Position numbers and translations under genes: made by a program
Shown: piece by piece, positions 26,790 through 41,966 of the stretch
How the letters are laid out: each line of letters begins with the position of its first letter
How positions within the stretch are numbered: position 1 is the stretch's first letter
Notes under the pieces: generated by a model
Database searches by the model: none
What the model saw: the letters and a program-made list of their open reading frames with translations, nothing else
What the model was told of the DNA's origin: nothing
Source: the human T2T-CHM13v2.0 reference genome, Homo sapiens
DNA length: 64,000 nucleotides
Direction: 5' to 3' (one strand)
Assembly (NCBI RefSeq): GCF_009914755.1
Contig: NC_060931.1

Positions 26790-27778
26790 GTTTGTTACAA
26801 AAGGATGTTTGGATTTTTCCTTAATCAGGAATTTGTTGTCCTTCATGATTAAGTCTGAATATTATTAATCTCATGTCCTTAAAAAGTTTTATTTAACGAA
26901 GTACATTTTTATTCTGAATTAACAGTGATAAAATGGTTGTTCTTGTAGACTCAGAGGGTATATAATGTGGTTAAAACATTACAGTAGTTTGTTTTGAACT
27001 ATGAAGTACTTGTCAGGTTTAATATTTTCACAATTTTATGTAGATTTTCCAATAAGTATATTATAAGATAATTCAGTGGGAGACAACATGTAGTCTCTTT
27101 TAACTCAGCTCTTGGTTCTGAAACAGGACTTCCTAATTTGCAGCTTCACGTGTTGTTAGATAGCCAGCATGACTCCCTCAAAATGATATGTCAGCATTGT
27201 ACATTTTGTACCTTTATCTGTAAAACAAGTCCATTTTATTTATCACATATTTCAGAGGGTCCTTTTATCCCCAAAATGTCATAACTTCTCTCATAATATA
27301 TGGCTTTTCATACTCTTACTGTTCAAGGGCTTCCTTGAAAAGCTTGAAACAGGTGCCATGGTTTTGAAAGTTAATTGTATCTTTTGTTTGTATAGGATTA
27401 TATGTTTACCTATACAACATTTAATGTGATAGATGTAAATGTTTTCTTCCCTTAAACGGTCCCCTCTTTTAGAAGGAAGTTTAAGATTTTGCTAAACAAT
27501 TTAAACTCTACATTTTGAAATCTGAATAAAGAAATTTTACTGTTTATTGTAATTTAATTTTCATGTCTTAAGCTATACCCAAGAAAAAAATCTAAGAAGA
27601 AAGAACTTAGCAATTTTGAGGGATATGTTTAAACACCTTTGAAAATAGGATTATAACTTCTAATTTCCCTCATAAGATTAAGTCTTAAATTCCATAAATA
27701 TTTTTGGTACCTCCTACGCACATTGCTTCAGGTGTCTGGATATAGGCTTTTATGTATCTTACCTTTTAGTGAGGGATA

Positions 27779-29728
27779 CTGGCATACATCTTTTTATTAC
27801 ACTTCACTTTATTGTGCTTTTCAGATACTGTGTTATTTACAAATTAAAGGTTTATGACAAACCTGCATCAAGCAAGTCTGTCAGTGCCGTTTTTCCAACA
27901 GTATGCATGCATGTACTTCATGTCTGTGTGTCAGATTTTCATGATTCTTGCAGTATTTCCAACTTTTTCATCATTATTATATCTGGGATGGTGATCTGTG
28001 TTTAGTGAGCTTCATGTTAGTATTGTAATTGTTTTGTGGTCCATGGGACTGTGCCCATATAAAATGGTGAACTTAATTCACAAATGTGTGTGTTCTGACC
28101 GCTGTACCAACTGGCCATTCCCCCTTCTCTCCCTCTTTTTGGACCTTTCTATTCTCTGAGGTACAGCAGTATTGAAAATAGGCCAATTAATAAACCTACA
28201 GTGGCTTTATGTCTCTCACTTTAAATCAAAAGCTAGAAATGATTAAGCTTAGTGAAGATGGCTATGCTAAAGACAGATTTTCAGTGTACACGGAACAGCC
28301 TTCTATTGGAAGAAGATGCCACCTAGGATTTTCAGAGGTACAGAGAATAAGTCAATGCCTGGCTTCAAAGCATCAAAAGACAGGTTGACTCTCTTATTAG
28401 GGGCTAAGGCATGTGAAGACTTTAAGTTGAAGCCAGTGCTCATTTATGATTCTGAAAATCCTAGGACACTTAAGAATTATGCTAAATCTACTCTGCCTGT
28501 GCTCTGTAAGTGGAGTAACAAAGCCTGGATGATAGCACATCGATTACAACATGGCCTACTGAATGTGTTAAGCCCACTGTTGAGACCACCTGCTCAGAAA
28601 AAAAAATGTCCCTTTCAAAATATTTCTGTCTATTGACAATGTACCTAGTCCCCCATGACTTTGATGGAGATATACAAGAAGATGAATGTTGTTTTCATGC
28701 CTGATAACAGTCATTCTGCATCACATGGATCAAGGAGTAATTTTGGCTTTCAAGTCATACTACTTAAGAAATACATTTTATAAGGCTATAGGTACCATAG
28801 ATAGTGATTATTCTGATGGATCTGGGGAGAGTAAATTGAAAAGCGTCTGGATTTACCATATGCCATTAAGAACATTTGTGATTCCTCTGCTGGATCTCAG
28901 GAAAGTCAATTGAAAACCTCCCATAAAGGATTCACCATTCTAGGTGCCATTAAGAACATTTGTGATTCATGAGAGGAGGTCAAAATAGCAACATTAGCAG
29001 GAGTTTGGAAGAAGTTGATTCCAACCTTCATGATGACTTTGAGGGGTTCAAAACTTCAGTGGAAGAAATCACTGCAGATGTGGTAGAAACAGCAACAGAA
29101 GTAGAATTAGAAGTGGAGCCTGAAGATGTGACTGAATTGCTACAATCTTATGATAAAACTTGAATGGATGTAAGAATTGCTTCTTATGGATGAGCAAAGA
29201 CAGTGGTTTCTTGAGATGGAATCTACTAGTGAACATGCCATGAACATTGTTGAAATAACAAGAAATAATTTGGGATATTACATAAACTTAGTTGATAAAG
29301 CAGCAGCAGGGTCTGAGAGGATTGACTGTAGTTTTGAAAGAAGTTCTACTGTGGATAAAATGCTATCAAACAGCATCGCATGCTACAGAGAAATATTTTG
29401 TGAAAAGAAGAGTCAACTAATGCAGGAAACTTCACTGTTGTCTTTTCAGAAATTGCCATAGCCACTTCGGCCTTTAGCAACCAGCACCCTGATCAGTCAG
29501 CAGCCATCAACATTGAGACAAGACCCTCGACCAGAAAAAAGATCGACTCACTGAAGGCCCAGATGATTATTAGCATTTTTTTAAATTTTAGCAATTTTTT
29601 AAAATTAAGGTTTATATGTTGTTTTTTAAAGACATAATGCTATTACACACTTTAGACTATAGAACAGTGTAAATGTAACTTTTATATACACTGGGAAATA
29701 AAAAAATTTGCTTTGTGAGGTATGCCTG
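27779..29728 (+). mobile_element. Tigger1 (TcMar) with both termini, internally deleted, transposase decayed
   Basis: TA|CTGGCATACATC ... GAGGTATGCCTG|TA TIRs and TA TSD; ORF fragments [39 protein letters not shown] typical of pogo/Tigger DDE transposase. Confidence 0.93.
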
Positions 29729-30220
29729 TAAATGAATATGATGTCAGGTAGTAACAAATGTTACAAAGAAATATAAATCAGAGTATGTGGATGCAGAGAT
29801 AGAAAGTACTGATTCATATAGGCTAGTCATGGAAGGTTCCCTGAGAAGATTACCATTGAGAAGTGCACTGAATGATATAAAAGAAGGAATACATGCAGAA
29901 TGATGCAGAGGGTAATTAGAGATATGGTTGTGTACAACATATTTAAGAAAGAGCAAGATGAATACCAGTTATAAATAAAGAACAACAGAGCAGTGTTCAC
30001 GAGTCACATTTATTTTGAGTGCTCTGATAATCTGGTTATGTGAAGGATTATTTGCAAATAATATACCCAGTATAATTTTCCCAGTATAATTCTGGGAAAA
30101 CTATTATCTTTGTGTTGTAACTATTATTTGAAAAGATGTTTCCCTGGGTTTTTTCAATTTGTTGAAATTTATTTATTTTAATAATGTGAAATTATGTTGT
30201 GCGTTTTTTTCTTTCCACAG

Positions 30221-30361
30221 ACAGCAATGGATCAACTTCATATGCACTTCACCCAAGCCATTCACAACACCGTGTTTCAAGTTGTTCTTGGTTATGTGGA
30301 ACTATGTGCAGGAAACACAGACACAAAATTCCAAAAGCTGCAATATAAGGATCTCTGTACA
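30221..30361 (+). CDS. VPS50: VPS50 exon 12 (141 nt, TAMDQLHMH...YKDLCT)
   Basis: ctttccacAG acceptor, ACA|GTATGT donor, phase 0-0; overlaps ORF 30194-30403. Confidence 0.96.
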
Positions 30362-30403
30362 GTATGTAGTGACTTAATTACTATTCATATATCTCTCCTT
30401 TAG
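30362..30403 (+). CDS. VPS50: Alternative terminal extension of exon 12 ([13 protein letters not shown]), short isoform
   Basis: Frame stays open past the donor to TAG at 30401-30403; tandem AATAAA follows 56 nt later. Confidence 0.7.
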
Positions 30404-30459
30404 ATTTTAAATTTATATTTCCTTTATCTTGGTACATACCTATTTGAAAATGCTACTAA

Positions 30460-30471
30460 AATAAAAATAAA
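30460..30471 (+). terminator. Tandem intronic polyadenylation signal AATAAAAATAAA
   Basis: Two adjacent AATAAA hexamers (30460-65, 30466-71) followed by U-rich and GU-rich sequence (tttttttttctcccaagttgttctttt). Confidence 0.6.
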
Positions 30472-30829
30472 TCTTTGCCAAAAATTTTTTTTCTCCCAAG
30501 TTGTTCTTTTCCTTATAGAGAAGTTGGAGGACTCAGTCACACAAATGGTAAAGGTTACTGAGATTGGAGCATGATTGCTTCTCAATCGACTCTTTACCAT
30601 TTCATAGCTTCTTTTACCCATCTCTCTCAGGCTCCAAATTATCTCTTATGAATGCATCCAGTAGGCTTCTAAGCAACCATCATTGCTGGTTTTCTGTACA
30701 GATTTTCAACCAGTTTTTTCATGTGTATGAATGCTGCCTTTGTCAGCATCTGTAACTGGTTTTTTCTTTTTCTTTTTAAAGAAACATAGGTCTTTAGGTA
30801 ATATAACCCAGCAGGTGAGAAGTGGACTG

Positions 30830-31390
30830 ACTTGGGTTCTGTTTTAGAAGTAGGTCCTGCTGAGGAGTTGATGTAGACTGTGAGGAAAAGAGAATGATGA
30901 ATAATTGGGAGAATGGTAGTGCCATTTGCTTTTATAGGGAAGACTGGGAAGGAACAGGACTTTGGTGAAAAATCATGAGCTCTGTTTGGTATCTATTAAA
31001 CATTCAAGTGGACTTGCTGAGGACGCAGTTGCATAGAAGAACCTAGAGTGATCAGGGCTGAGTTTGTAAATTTAGGAGTCATCAGCATCTACTTGTATTT
31101 AAAGCCCTGATACCAGGTAAGAAGATTGAGGTGAAAGGGTATAAATAAAGAAGACATGAGGGCCCTGGGTCTTGTGACATTCAGGGGTTAGATAGAGGAA
31201 TGAGACTAGTAGAGTCTTAGAGCAACTAGCTGGGTAGGAGGAAAACTAGGAGATGGTGGTGTCACAACAGCATGAAGAAGGAAGCATTTCAAGAAGAATG
31301 GAACCTATGTCAGATGCTGCTGAGAGTCTGAATATGGTAATATTAAAGGATTGACCACTTGATTTAACCATGTGGAGGTATTGTTTACCA
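30830..31390. mobile_element. L2 fragment
   Basis: Purine-rich, gaatggtagtgccatttg...aatttaggagtcatcagcatctacttgtatttaaagcc...gtcagatgctgctgagag. Confidence 0.65.
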
Positions 31391-32377
31391 TGATTTCTTC
31401 CTTTAGCCTAAGAATGCGCTATGTCTCTCACTGGAGACATCCTTGAGTTTTCTCTAATGTCAAGTCAGGAAATTATAACACTTCTAGTAAGTAGATATCT
31501 ATTCTGCTTTGTAATTGTGTCCAGGAATTAGTGTAAAAATAAGTAATCTTCATCCTTCAATGAATTTCTTTGTCAAACCTGCTGGTTATATGTCTGTTGG
31601 GTACTACAGAAATTTTCTTACCTGAGCTACAATAAGTATCCTGGAAGGGTGTGATTATATATGATGTATTAAAGATTAAGTTAATAACGACAGTGGATGT
31701 ATGTTAATACGGCTAAAAATATCTTTTTAAACTAATTGTAGAAACCATGAGGACTGTTTTACAGATTTTATGATTACTAACTTTAAGTGTGATGTAGTTG
31801 CATAATTTTGTCTTTAAATGTTCAGTTTTAGGTATAGCTATCATTTGGTAAATATTAATAATTTTGAAATGTTTTGTTTATTGTTATTTTTCTTATTCAT
31901 ATATGTTCTTACTTTGATAGTATATATTATAAAATTACCCAATCACCTTTTTTATTCTAATAAGTTTTATTAATTTTTTTATTGTAATGTTGCTATCACT
32001 AATAGATGGTAAAGCAATTTATTATGTTAGCAATTTTTTTCTATTAAAGCAGAAAAGAACTCTTAAAAATTAAACCAAACATTTTAAACAAATTAGAGTT
32101 TTGTCTTTTCATCTTTTTAAATTTGGTTAAATCTGTTGTGTGTGTTTGTGTATGTATATTTTGCTTTCTTTTATTGACCATTTTTATATGCTTTTAAAAA
32201 AGTCAAAGACATAAATTGTGCTCATGCTTCATGAGAAAGCCCCTCTGTGCATTTATATAACAAAAAGCTGAAAGATATACTTGGCTTACAAATTTTTATG
32301 AACAAAAATTTGTGCTCAAGGTGTTTACCATTATGTTTCTTCTGAGTTTCTTTCACTTTTTAAAGAAGCTGACTGTA

Positions 32378-32708
<331 letters not shown>

Positions 32709-32836
32709 TTAAATTATAAGATAATAAATAGCTTATCCTTATCCTTAGTTTCATCTTTAGTAAATACTTGTTAAAATTATCCCCAAGAAACTTCTGGTAC
32801 TTTATTATAAAATTATCCATATACGTGTGATAGGTG

Positions 32837-32888
32837 ATATATATATATATATGTACATATATATACACACACACGTATATGTATATCT
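32837..32888. repeat. (TA)n/(CA)n compound microsatellite
   Basis: atatatatatatatatgtacatatatatacacacacacgtatatgtatat. Confidence 0.8.
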
Positions 32889-35800
32889 ATAAGGAAACCA
32901 ATGATTTATTAATATTTTGAAGTGTAGTCATAGAAAACATAATAGCAGGCTCATATATTATTATTTGTCTAACACAGTTGTACTTTTTTGGTATTTATTC
33001 AAGCTGTGCTAAAACATTAGTTGAAGTAGCTTTGGTTCGAATTGGTGAGAATAATAGCAAATATTGGCGATGGCTTAATGGAGGAATTTCTTTTTAAGAA
33101 AGGAGTTAACATAATAAGGTGAAGATTGTGATGCATATCAAGGTAACCCATTTTCTTTGGCTATTCTCAATAAAAAAATTAAAGAAGTTTAGAAATCATC
33201 CCAGGCCTTCTAGAAATTACCCCCAAGGCTCCTGGTCAGTGCTGCTACAGGCAGATATGAGTGCAGAAACCTTTTTGTAACCTGTTAATTTATTTTATAA
33301 TATTGAGTCATATTTGATGGTTAAATCAGGTAAGATTTGGAAGAAATTCTTTCTTTCTAGTTCTGCTTATTTATTACCTAGTTTGATGAAAAGTTGTTAA
33401 CTTTTAGTAACTGAGTTCTATAAAATATAGTGGTTAGCTGAGGAGAGGAAAGATAGAGGAGCTGAATAAAGAAGGTGATGAAATCTAAGTACATTTTCCT
33501 GGTGAGAAAAAATATCAAGGCATAACTCAGGCAAGAGAGATAATTCATGAAGGAACTTTGTATTAGAATGTAAGCTGCTTATTTTTCAATATGTGGCAGT
33601 GGGGGATCATTTTAGCCTGTGATTAAAAATAACTGATAATAATTATCGAAGATATACTTGTGTGAGAGCAAATGTGGCAGTGGGGCATCAGGTGAGCAAG
33701 AAGCAGGAGAGTCCTCAAAACATGTGCAGGGTGTTGACTGACATGAAATGAGAAGAAAGAGTCTAGGCATTTTGGCAGTTTATATCCTCTGTACAGTAGC
33801 AATGTTTTGAAGGAAGTGTTTAGTCATACATAGAGCTTAAAAATAACATTGAAAATTAAGATGAATGCTACAGAGTAAGAGGCAGATTTGAGTTCCTGTG
33901 AACAGGGAATAATTGTGCTTCCTTTAAATGGAAAGAGAGTGGAAATGAAAAGAGATAATCATCTGCTTGCTTTATGCATAGTATCATTTTAAACTATTCT
34001 TAGATATCAGCCTAAATGAGCTACAGTGAAATTGAACTAATTAAAAAAAAAAGAAAAACCTCTTGGAAATCTGAGATGAAATTAGTGTTCCGTTTTTATT
34101 TACTCTGGTATACAGAACCTCAAGTTCTTAAGGCCAGCAGCATCCCTTCCCAATCAATTTTCTGCCATTTGTTTCTATTCACCATTGCTCTGAGTTTAAA
34201 AGTTTAGTTGGTTTTGAGCTTTTTGAAATCATTTTGCAGTTGAATGTACTTTTTTTTCTTTACTAAACATGTTTTTAGAGTGGTTTAATTAGATGCATAG
34301 TTTTTATTGGTTGTCTTTCAGTCTGTTTTCTCTGCTTTTCTTGAATGTATTGGTTTACTGCTTTTACACTAGCTGTTTAGGTTCTTTTTTTAAAAAAAGT
34401 AGGTACATTATTTTGAAACCCAAATAAATCGCTAAAACTTAGCAGCAAGATTTCCAAATGAAAATTCATCATACTTCATTTCTGGAAAGGGAAAATATAA
34501 AGGACTCATAGTAGTACTTTTATTTACTTAAAAAATTAGGCCTTGTTTGTGATTGCATTTACATTTTGATGTACCCTACATATTTACACCAATTTGTGGA
34601 GAGATTTATAGACAACATTTGGAAGCTTTTAATTTAACACCTTTGTAGAGAAACCCTTTGTGGTTTATTTGAAAGTTTATGAAGTATTCATAAGGATTTT
34701 TTTTTCCTTTTTAAAAATAACATTACTTTGGCAGGCTGATGGGTTTTCCTGGGGAGCTTATTTCAAGATGCTAATTAGGATGTTATTGATTAATTTTAGG
34801 ACAATGGAGTTGGCTAGGCTGCCTGAAGTTTTCTCAACTATTTTTAAAATTGTTCATTTCCAAATCATCTTAATGAGCTTTGAGTTCTGTTTTTATGATG
34901 AATTTCATAATGTAGTAAAAATATATGCTATGTAAAAATATACTCTCTCTGTATATATATATATACATACATACATACACACTCATATATTATTTGGGGG
35001 AAAATAAAATGTTTCTGTTAGAAAAAACTTTTGAAATTATTTCATTATGTGTTTTCATAGTGTCTGGCACATTGGAGGTGTTTCCTTAGTAATTGGATTG
35101 CCATATTTGTCTCCAACTGGTGTGGTGTTGACACAATTAGAGTCTGTTTAGGTTAAGTGAGAGGGAAAGAAAACCAACACTGAGCACCTTCTCTGAGCCA
35201 TGTACTTTTACAGGTGCTTTATATTAGTACATCATAGACAAACTATAATATTAATCTAATGTCCCATTCTTATAGGCTTTTAAAGTTTCATTCTTAAAAA
35301 CAGTATTTTTTGATACTGAATTATAATCATGTCGATTTTTTGGGAGTCAACCAATATCTTTAGTAAAGTCCCTGTAGAAAATAACAGTTTATTTTGTTAT
35401 TAGTATAAAACCCCAAAGACAGATTCTTCTTTTGAGTGAAAACATGTTTCTGTTCCTAAATCCTCAGGATTTTTGTTTAGAATTAATATTTTCTCTCATC
35501 AGATACTGTGAGAGTGTATTGACTCTCTTTACTATGGATAATAAGCTGCAGGAAATTAATGCTAAAGTTAATGTTCATGTTTAGTACCCATTTTGTTTTG
35601 GGTTCTCTATAGAATTAACTGCTGCCTCCTTACCCTTTTTCTGTTTTCCGACTTCTTAAACTGGTATGTTATTTATATGTCTTTATGTTACTCACAGTCT
35701 TTATAGGGCTAGACATAATATAAGTTATATAAATAGTGGCTCAAATTAAGCAATCATTAATATACATTCTCTTAAAAATATGCATATTTTAAATTATACA

Positions 35801-35976
35801 ACTAAAACATTAATTGTAGGAAAAGACACAAGCAAAAAGAAGAAAGTAAAAATTGCATATGTCTGCATGCAAAGCTGGTTCTTTTAATGTGTATATAAGC
35901 TGATAGCTTTTAAAAGTAGCTGCACAAACTGTTTTATAACTTTTTTGCCACTTGCTACATTATAAACAATTTTTCC

Positions 35977-36358
<382 letters not shown>

Positions 36359-37271
36359 TTAATTAACTGCTTTCCTGTTCTTGGATATTTATGTTATTTC
36401 CAGCTTTTGTCATTATGAACAGCACTGTAGTAAATATTCTTAAAGCTAAATCTTTGTGTACATCTTTATTTCTTTAGGATAAATCACGAGAAATGAAATT
36501 GCATTGTCTGTCAAAGCTTTACATTTTAAAGGCTTTTGGTTTGTCTTTCCTAAATTGCCCTATAAAAAATGGTATTTCAATTTACACTCCTGATCAGCAG
36601 AGTCTGCATTTATCCCTTTCCCTGAGCACATGAATGCTGATTATCTTTTATTTAATACCATAATTATCAGATGCCAGAGGTAGCATATCAAAAATAATTT
36701 GTGTTGCATATCAATCAGTCATGTTTGGGATGGTAAGGAGGTTAAACGACGTTTCATTGATTGTTGAGGTTAATTTGCTTGATGTGGTTGAATAGGTGAG
36801 TAGACCTTTCTTGCTGAATGCTACAAATTTGAATATTTGGTTGAAGAGAGAAACCTTTTCACTTCAAAGAATATTATCATTTACTTGGTTTGCTCAGGTC
36901 AGTTTCAGAATGAACTAAGAATTCAGCTGTCAGATTTATTCTTATCACATATATGGAGTGCCTAGCTAATTTTGTAGTATATAATTTTATGTAATGATTT
37001 CTAAATTAAGTAGGTTTTGATAATTTTTAAAATTAAAACTTAATGACCAAAAGGTAGGTAAGGAAAGTTTATTTGTTTCTTCCTTTTTTTTCTTGCCATT
37101 TTCTCTCTGGATCATCAAAAATTGTGAGGAGTCTGAAATTTTATTCTACTTGCAAATTAATAAGCTAGCCTGTTACTATTTCCTGGATGCTGGTAGAAGA
37201 CACAGACTTCATATTCTTAGCACTATAACTTGTTAAGTGTAAACCAGTTCACTTGTCATTACTGAGCTTTT

Positions 37272-37665
<394 letters not shown>

Positions 37666-40600
37666 TAAAGTAATAATCTAGTTAAGGTCACATTAATTAT
37701 GATCAGAGGTAGAATAAGAAAAGGTCAAATGGCATAAAGTATCCAAGGAGTCAAAATATCTCTTTAAGGTTTGCAAGGGAGGAAAAAGTTGGGTCTTAGA
37801 TTTCAACAGGCACAACAGGAACAGTGTGTGTCCAGGAATGGAAAGGAAATATCATGAGCAATGCCATGAGAGTAGGAAAGCACAGGGCAGGTGAAAGGAA
37901 TAGTAGATTGTCTGGCTTGGTTTAACCGGATTTTTTAGTATGGTGGTTTGGTTGTTTCTAATGCACCCAGGGAATAATGAGTGCCTATGGAGCACATGCT
38001 TTGGGTAACCATTTATCTGAGTAACTAGTGTTAACTGTCTTGGCTGGAAGTGGAGGGGTGTTCCAGGTCTGGCAAGGCCTCTATATTGTTCATGTCTAAG
38101 AACTCTTAACATTATCAATGTAATTTAGACTGCTGGATGATTTTTTTAGGGAGGGGGATTGGATTGGAGATAAAAAAGAGCCAACCTATCTTTATATGGT
38201 GGCACACAGCTTCCAGCAGAAAGAAAAAATAATTTACTAGTGGGAAACCGTTTTTGGGCCACCTTGCCCAACAGGAAACCATTTTTGAAACCTCCCAAAC
38301 ACCTGATTATTTGATAGTGTTTTTATATTTAAATACTGCCTTTTTTTGTGTGATCTCAGGCAGCGTGAGGGTTAATAGCATCTTATAACTTGAAACTTTG
38401 AAAGATAATTATATATTCTGATTATACATACTTTGCTTGTTTTCTAATATTGAGCTGTCTATTTGATTAAGGCCATTTAACAGCAATTAGAATAACCTGC
38501 CAACTAAAGAAGAACTTTTTATTTCACAATTTAACGGGTGCTAGTTACTTAATTCCAAGTTGGGATTATTTATATCATACATATTACATGTCTTATGTGT
38601 ATATACATATTTAGCATTAATGATAAAATGCCGTAGATGAGAATGAGTGTTTTTCTCCCCGATTATATTTGTTTTTAAATCATGAATGAATCCAGTGAGT
38701 TGCAAGGAAAGTTTTGCTAAAAGCATATGCATATTTTTGTCTATGGAGACTCATAGCTTTTAAAGCTTCAGAGGGACTCTAGGAGATTTGCTTTAACCCT
38801 TGGGGTTTAGATACATGAATTGCTATGCAGGAGTCATGATCAAGTAAGTGACAAAGTTGGGCTCCAAGCCCAAACATGTTTCATCTAGTTCAGTGCTCTT
38901 TCCACTATGCAGTACTACCTCTCTGGTTTCCAATGGCTGGAAACTTCTTAAGATAATCATATTTCATACAGCTAGGCCCTCACAGAAGTAATTAGATATT
39001 GGAGTAATTAAATATTAGATACTGGCTCAGACACTTCCATAGGTCCAGAGTTACCCCCAAAGATGTTTTCAACTCCCTGGGCCTGGTGCTGTTTTGACCA
39101 GCAGCATATTTTCAGAAGCCACTCAGATAAGCAGGATTCTCCCCAGCAGCTTCTGATGATGTGAGCTCATAGTACTAACAGCATTCATCTAAAGATACTG
39201 ATAACCAACCCTTTGTTGTTTTTTGAAATCCATCTATCACTGTGTGTGTGTTTTGGGGGGTGGAGGCACTGGGAATTTTGGATCTCTGTGAGGATGCCAA
39301 AACATCTGTTCCCTTTATGTTTGTTAGGATGTGATTAGAGTGCTAAATCAAAACGTGGAATAAGAACAAAATAATTCATTACAACCATCCCTAAGACTTT
39401 TCATTTTGATGCTCTAATATAAAAAGCATTACTTTGAAATTTTTGTAGGGATTTAGTAATAGAGATTTCTTATAAGTATTAAAGTAAATTATAGAATAAA
39501 AAGCAAAAGACTAGCAGCTTTTCCTCCCGTATTTACTACTTTACTTTGCATTTAAATAACTTTCAGAAGATGACATTCTTTTATTGTGTGCTTCAAACTT
39601 ATAAAGGCTGCTTATATTAATTTCTGGATTTACACTGTTCTTTGAAAATGGCCTCAACTTATATTTTATAATCAAGACTGAGATGTTGCTGGTTTTGATA
39701 AGCTAGTTTCATCATTTTTATTTTAACCAGGTAGGTTGGCTGAGGTGGTTAATAGAAGAAATGGAAGGTGCCAAGTGTTACTGTGAACTGACAGTGATAA
39801 GAGATGGGAAATCAGATTTGTGGATTTTGTGAAAGTGTTAATCAAAATTGGATTAAGGAATGAATTGTGGCGTTGGAATGTGAAGCATAGTGGAAATGCT
39901 GTGAGCTTCTTGCATGGAACATCCAGTTTCTTCATCTTCTCCAAATCCTTCCTCCTAGGATATTTGTTTACCTTTTATGATCGCCAAATTTATTAGACAT
40001 GTATGTTGTCTCTGTTATAGAGTTTATGGATTTTTTTTAAATTAGGATGGTTAAAATTTCCTTTTTTTTCTGTGCATTTCTTGGGATATTTCCCAAAGAT
40101 TATATGCCTATTTTATCTTTTCCCCTCACTTTACAATCTTTGCTAAATAAATTGAAGCTAATAGCTTTAAGTGGAAGAGTAGCAGTGGAAAATAGTTTTA
40201 GAACACAGGGAAATATTTGGTAATTAAATTTCGATTTCTTATCTATTCTTAAAAAAATTTCAAGATATGTTATTTAGCTCTTGGGGATGTCTTACTATGT
40301 GAATATTTTGTAAATTGATTCAATCAATACTTTCATTGCTATTTTCCATATGTGATGTGAACATAGAACTGGGATTATAATATGGTGCTCCTCTGCTATG
40401 ATATTCCTAGTATTATGCCAAATGAGTCTCCCCTTCACCTGAACTGAGTTTCAATGTTAGGTATTTAGTAATAAATGAATGACTTCAACCAGTGATGAAA
40501 TAGGAAGATACAAGTATCTCTAACACGTTTATGAAAGGTGAAGCTGAGAACCAGAGTGGTTTATTATCTAAGGCATGCGACTGTAAGTTTGTGGAACTAG

Positions 40601-41966
40601 TGCCAGCTGGAATCCAGGGATTCCAATTCTTAATTTAGGTCTCTTTCCATTATGCTCTGCAGATGTGAAGAATTGATGCTTGGGTGGAACACTCAGGTTC
40701 CTCTTATTAGCCTGCCTTTTATTTTTTGATTACCTGTGTAATTATTTGCTTATTCTCTGGCTTCATTGAATCTCTCTGGTTATGATTCATTCATGTCTTT
40801 GTAATAAAATTCTCGATTTGAAATTTGGAGGTCATTTTTATAAAGTAGAAAATACTAGTTGCAAATAATTTTAGTTAAATGATGTTAAAAGCATGAGAAG
40901 CATTTGTCACTGTGACAATTGACACCAGTTGGTTGCATGGCATAATGGAAAGGGGCTCAATTTTAAAATGAAATAACTCTTTTAACTTATTGCCAGTATA
41001 ACCTTCAGAGATTAACATAGCTGGGCTTAAATTTGTTGAAAACGTTGTTTTTTTTTTTTTTTTAAAAAAAAAACTACCCCACCTTGCCTTTTTTCCTTAA
41101 ACTATTTATTGTATATGTATTTAATAAAATGGTCTTTACGTTTGTTCCTTTTTTAGAATATGAACTTAGGCAAGAATCATCTTGTTTGCTGGTGCTGCGT
41201 GTATCATAGTCTTATGTTTGTACATGTGAATATATTTGAAGATAATAAATTTGGGTCCTTTTGGGAGACATTTAGGTATGTGCAGTGGTTTAGCTAGATC
41301 TCTGGATTATTTACACTTGAATCAGTTCAGTGAGAAGAAAGCCTTGCTATAGCTTCACTAAGTAACTTTAACTTTTTATGAAAAAAAGATTCACATAAAC
41401 ATCTGTGTGTGTATATCTCATCCAAACCCATTAAATTTCAGCAAATCTTCAAGAGATAACATAATGAAGGACCTCTTTTTTTTTTTTTTCAAATAAATAG
41501 GCATATAATGAGCTGGACAGTGGTTGGGTGGAAAATAGAAGATAGTAGGTTTAAGTTTTAATTTTCTGGTTTGTTAAACTGTGACAAGTATAATAGAAAT
41601 TAATTATAACACAATTATTTGTACAGTCATAATTTTTCTTTGGGAAAAAATATGACTAACATTGCCTTTTTCTTATCTACCAGAAAGAATGTTGAGCTAT
41701 ACTTAGATTAAATTTGTTTGCATAATATACACATTTATGCGAAGTTGGGCTAATAAAAGTTAGAACTACTGACTTGTAGAGGAGTACCTTTATTTGGGTA
41801 TGATTGCTGAGTTGCAGCCCAGAACTTTTTGGGATTTTTGCTTTGCCTTGTTCTTGGAAAAGGTTTTTAGTCTTTTCTTGACCCTGTGCATTAGTATTGG
41901 CTTTCGTCATATGTGTATGGTGTAAGAGGTATGTCAGGTATAATTTTGTGCTAAAAATAAACCAAG

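Noticed and set aside
28316-29461. Tigger ORFs as a domesticated TIGD-like gene
   Set aside because: Broken into at least four short frames with stops, and the N-terminal DNA-binding region is largely deleted
37122-37210. Short LTR-like fragment (tgtgaggagtctgaaattttattctacttgcaa...)
   Set aside because: Resembles an ERV LTR end, but too short for me to assign a family or boundaries
41049-41073. T-run/A-run hairpins (also 57657-57676)
   Set aside because: Homopolymer low complexity, common in AT-rich introns
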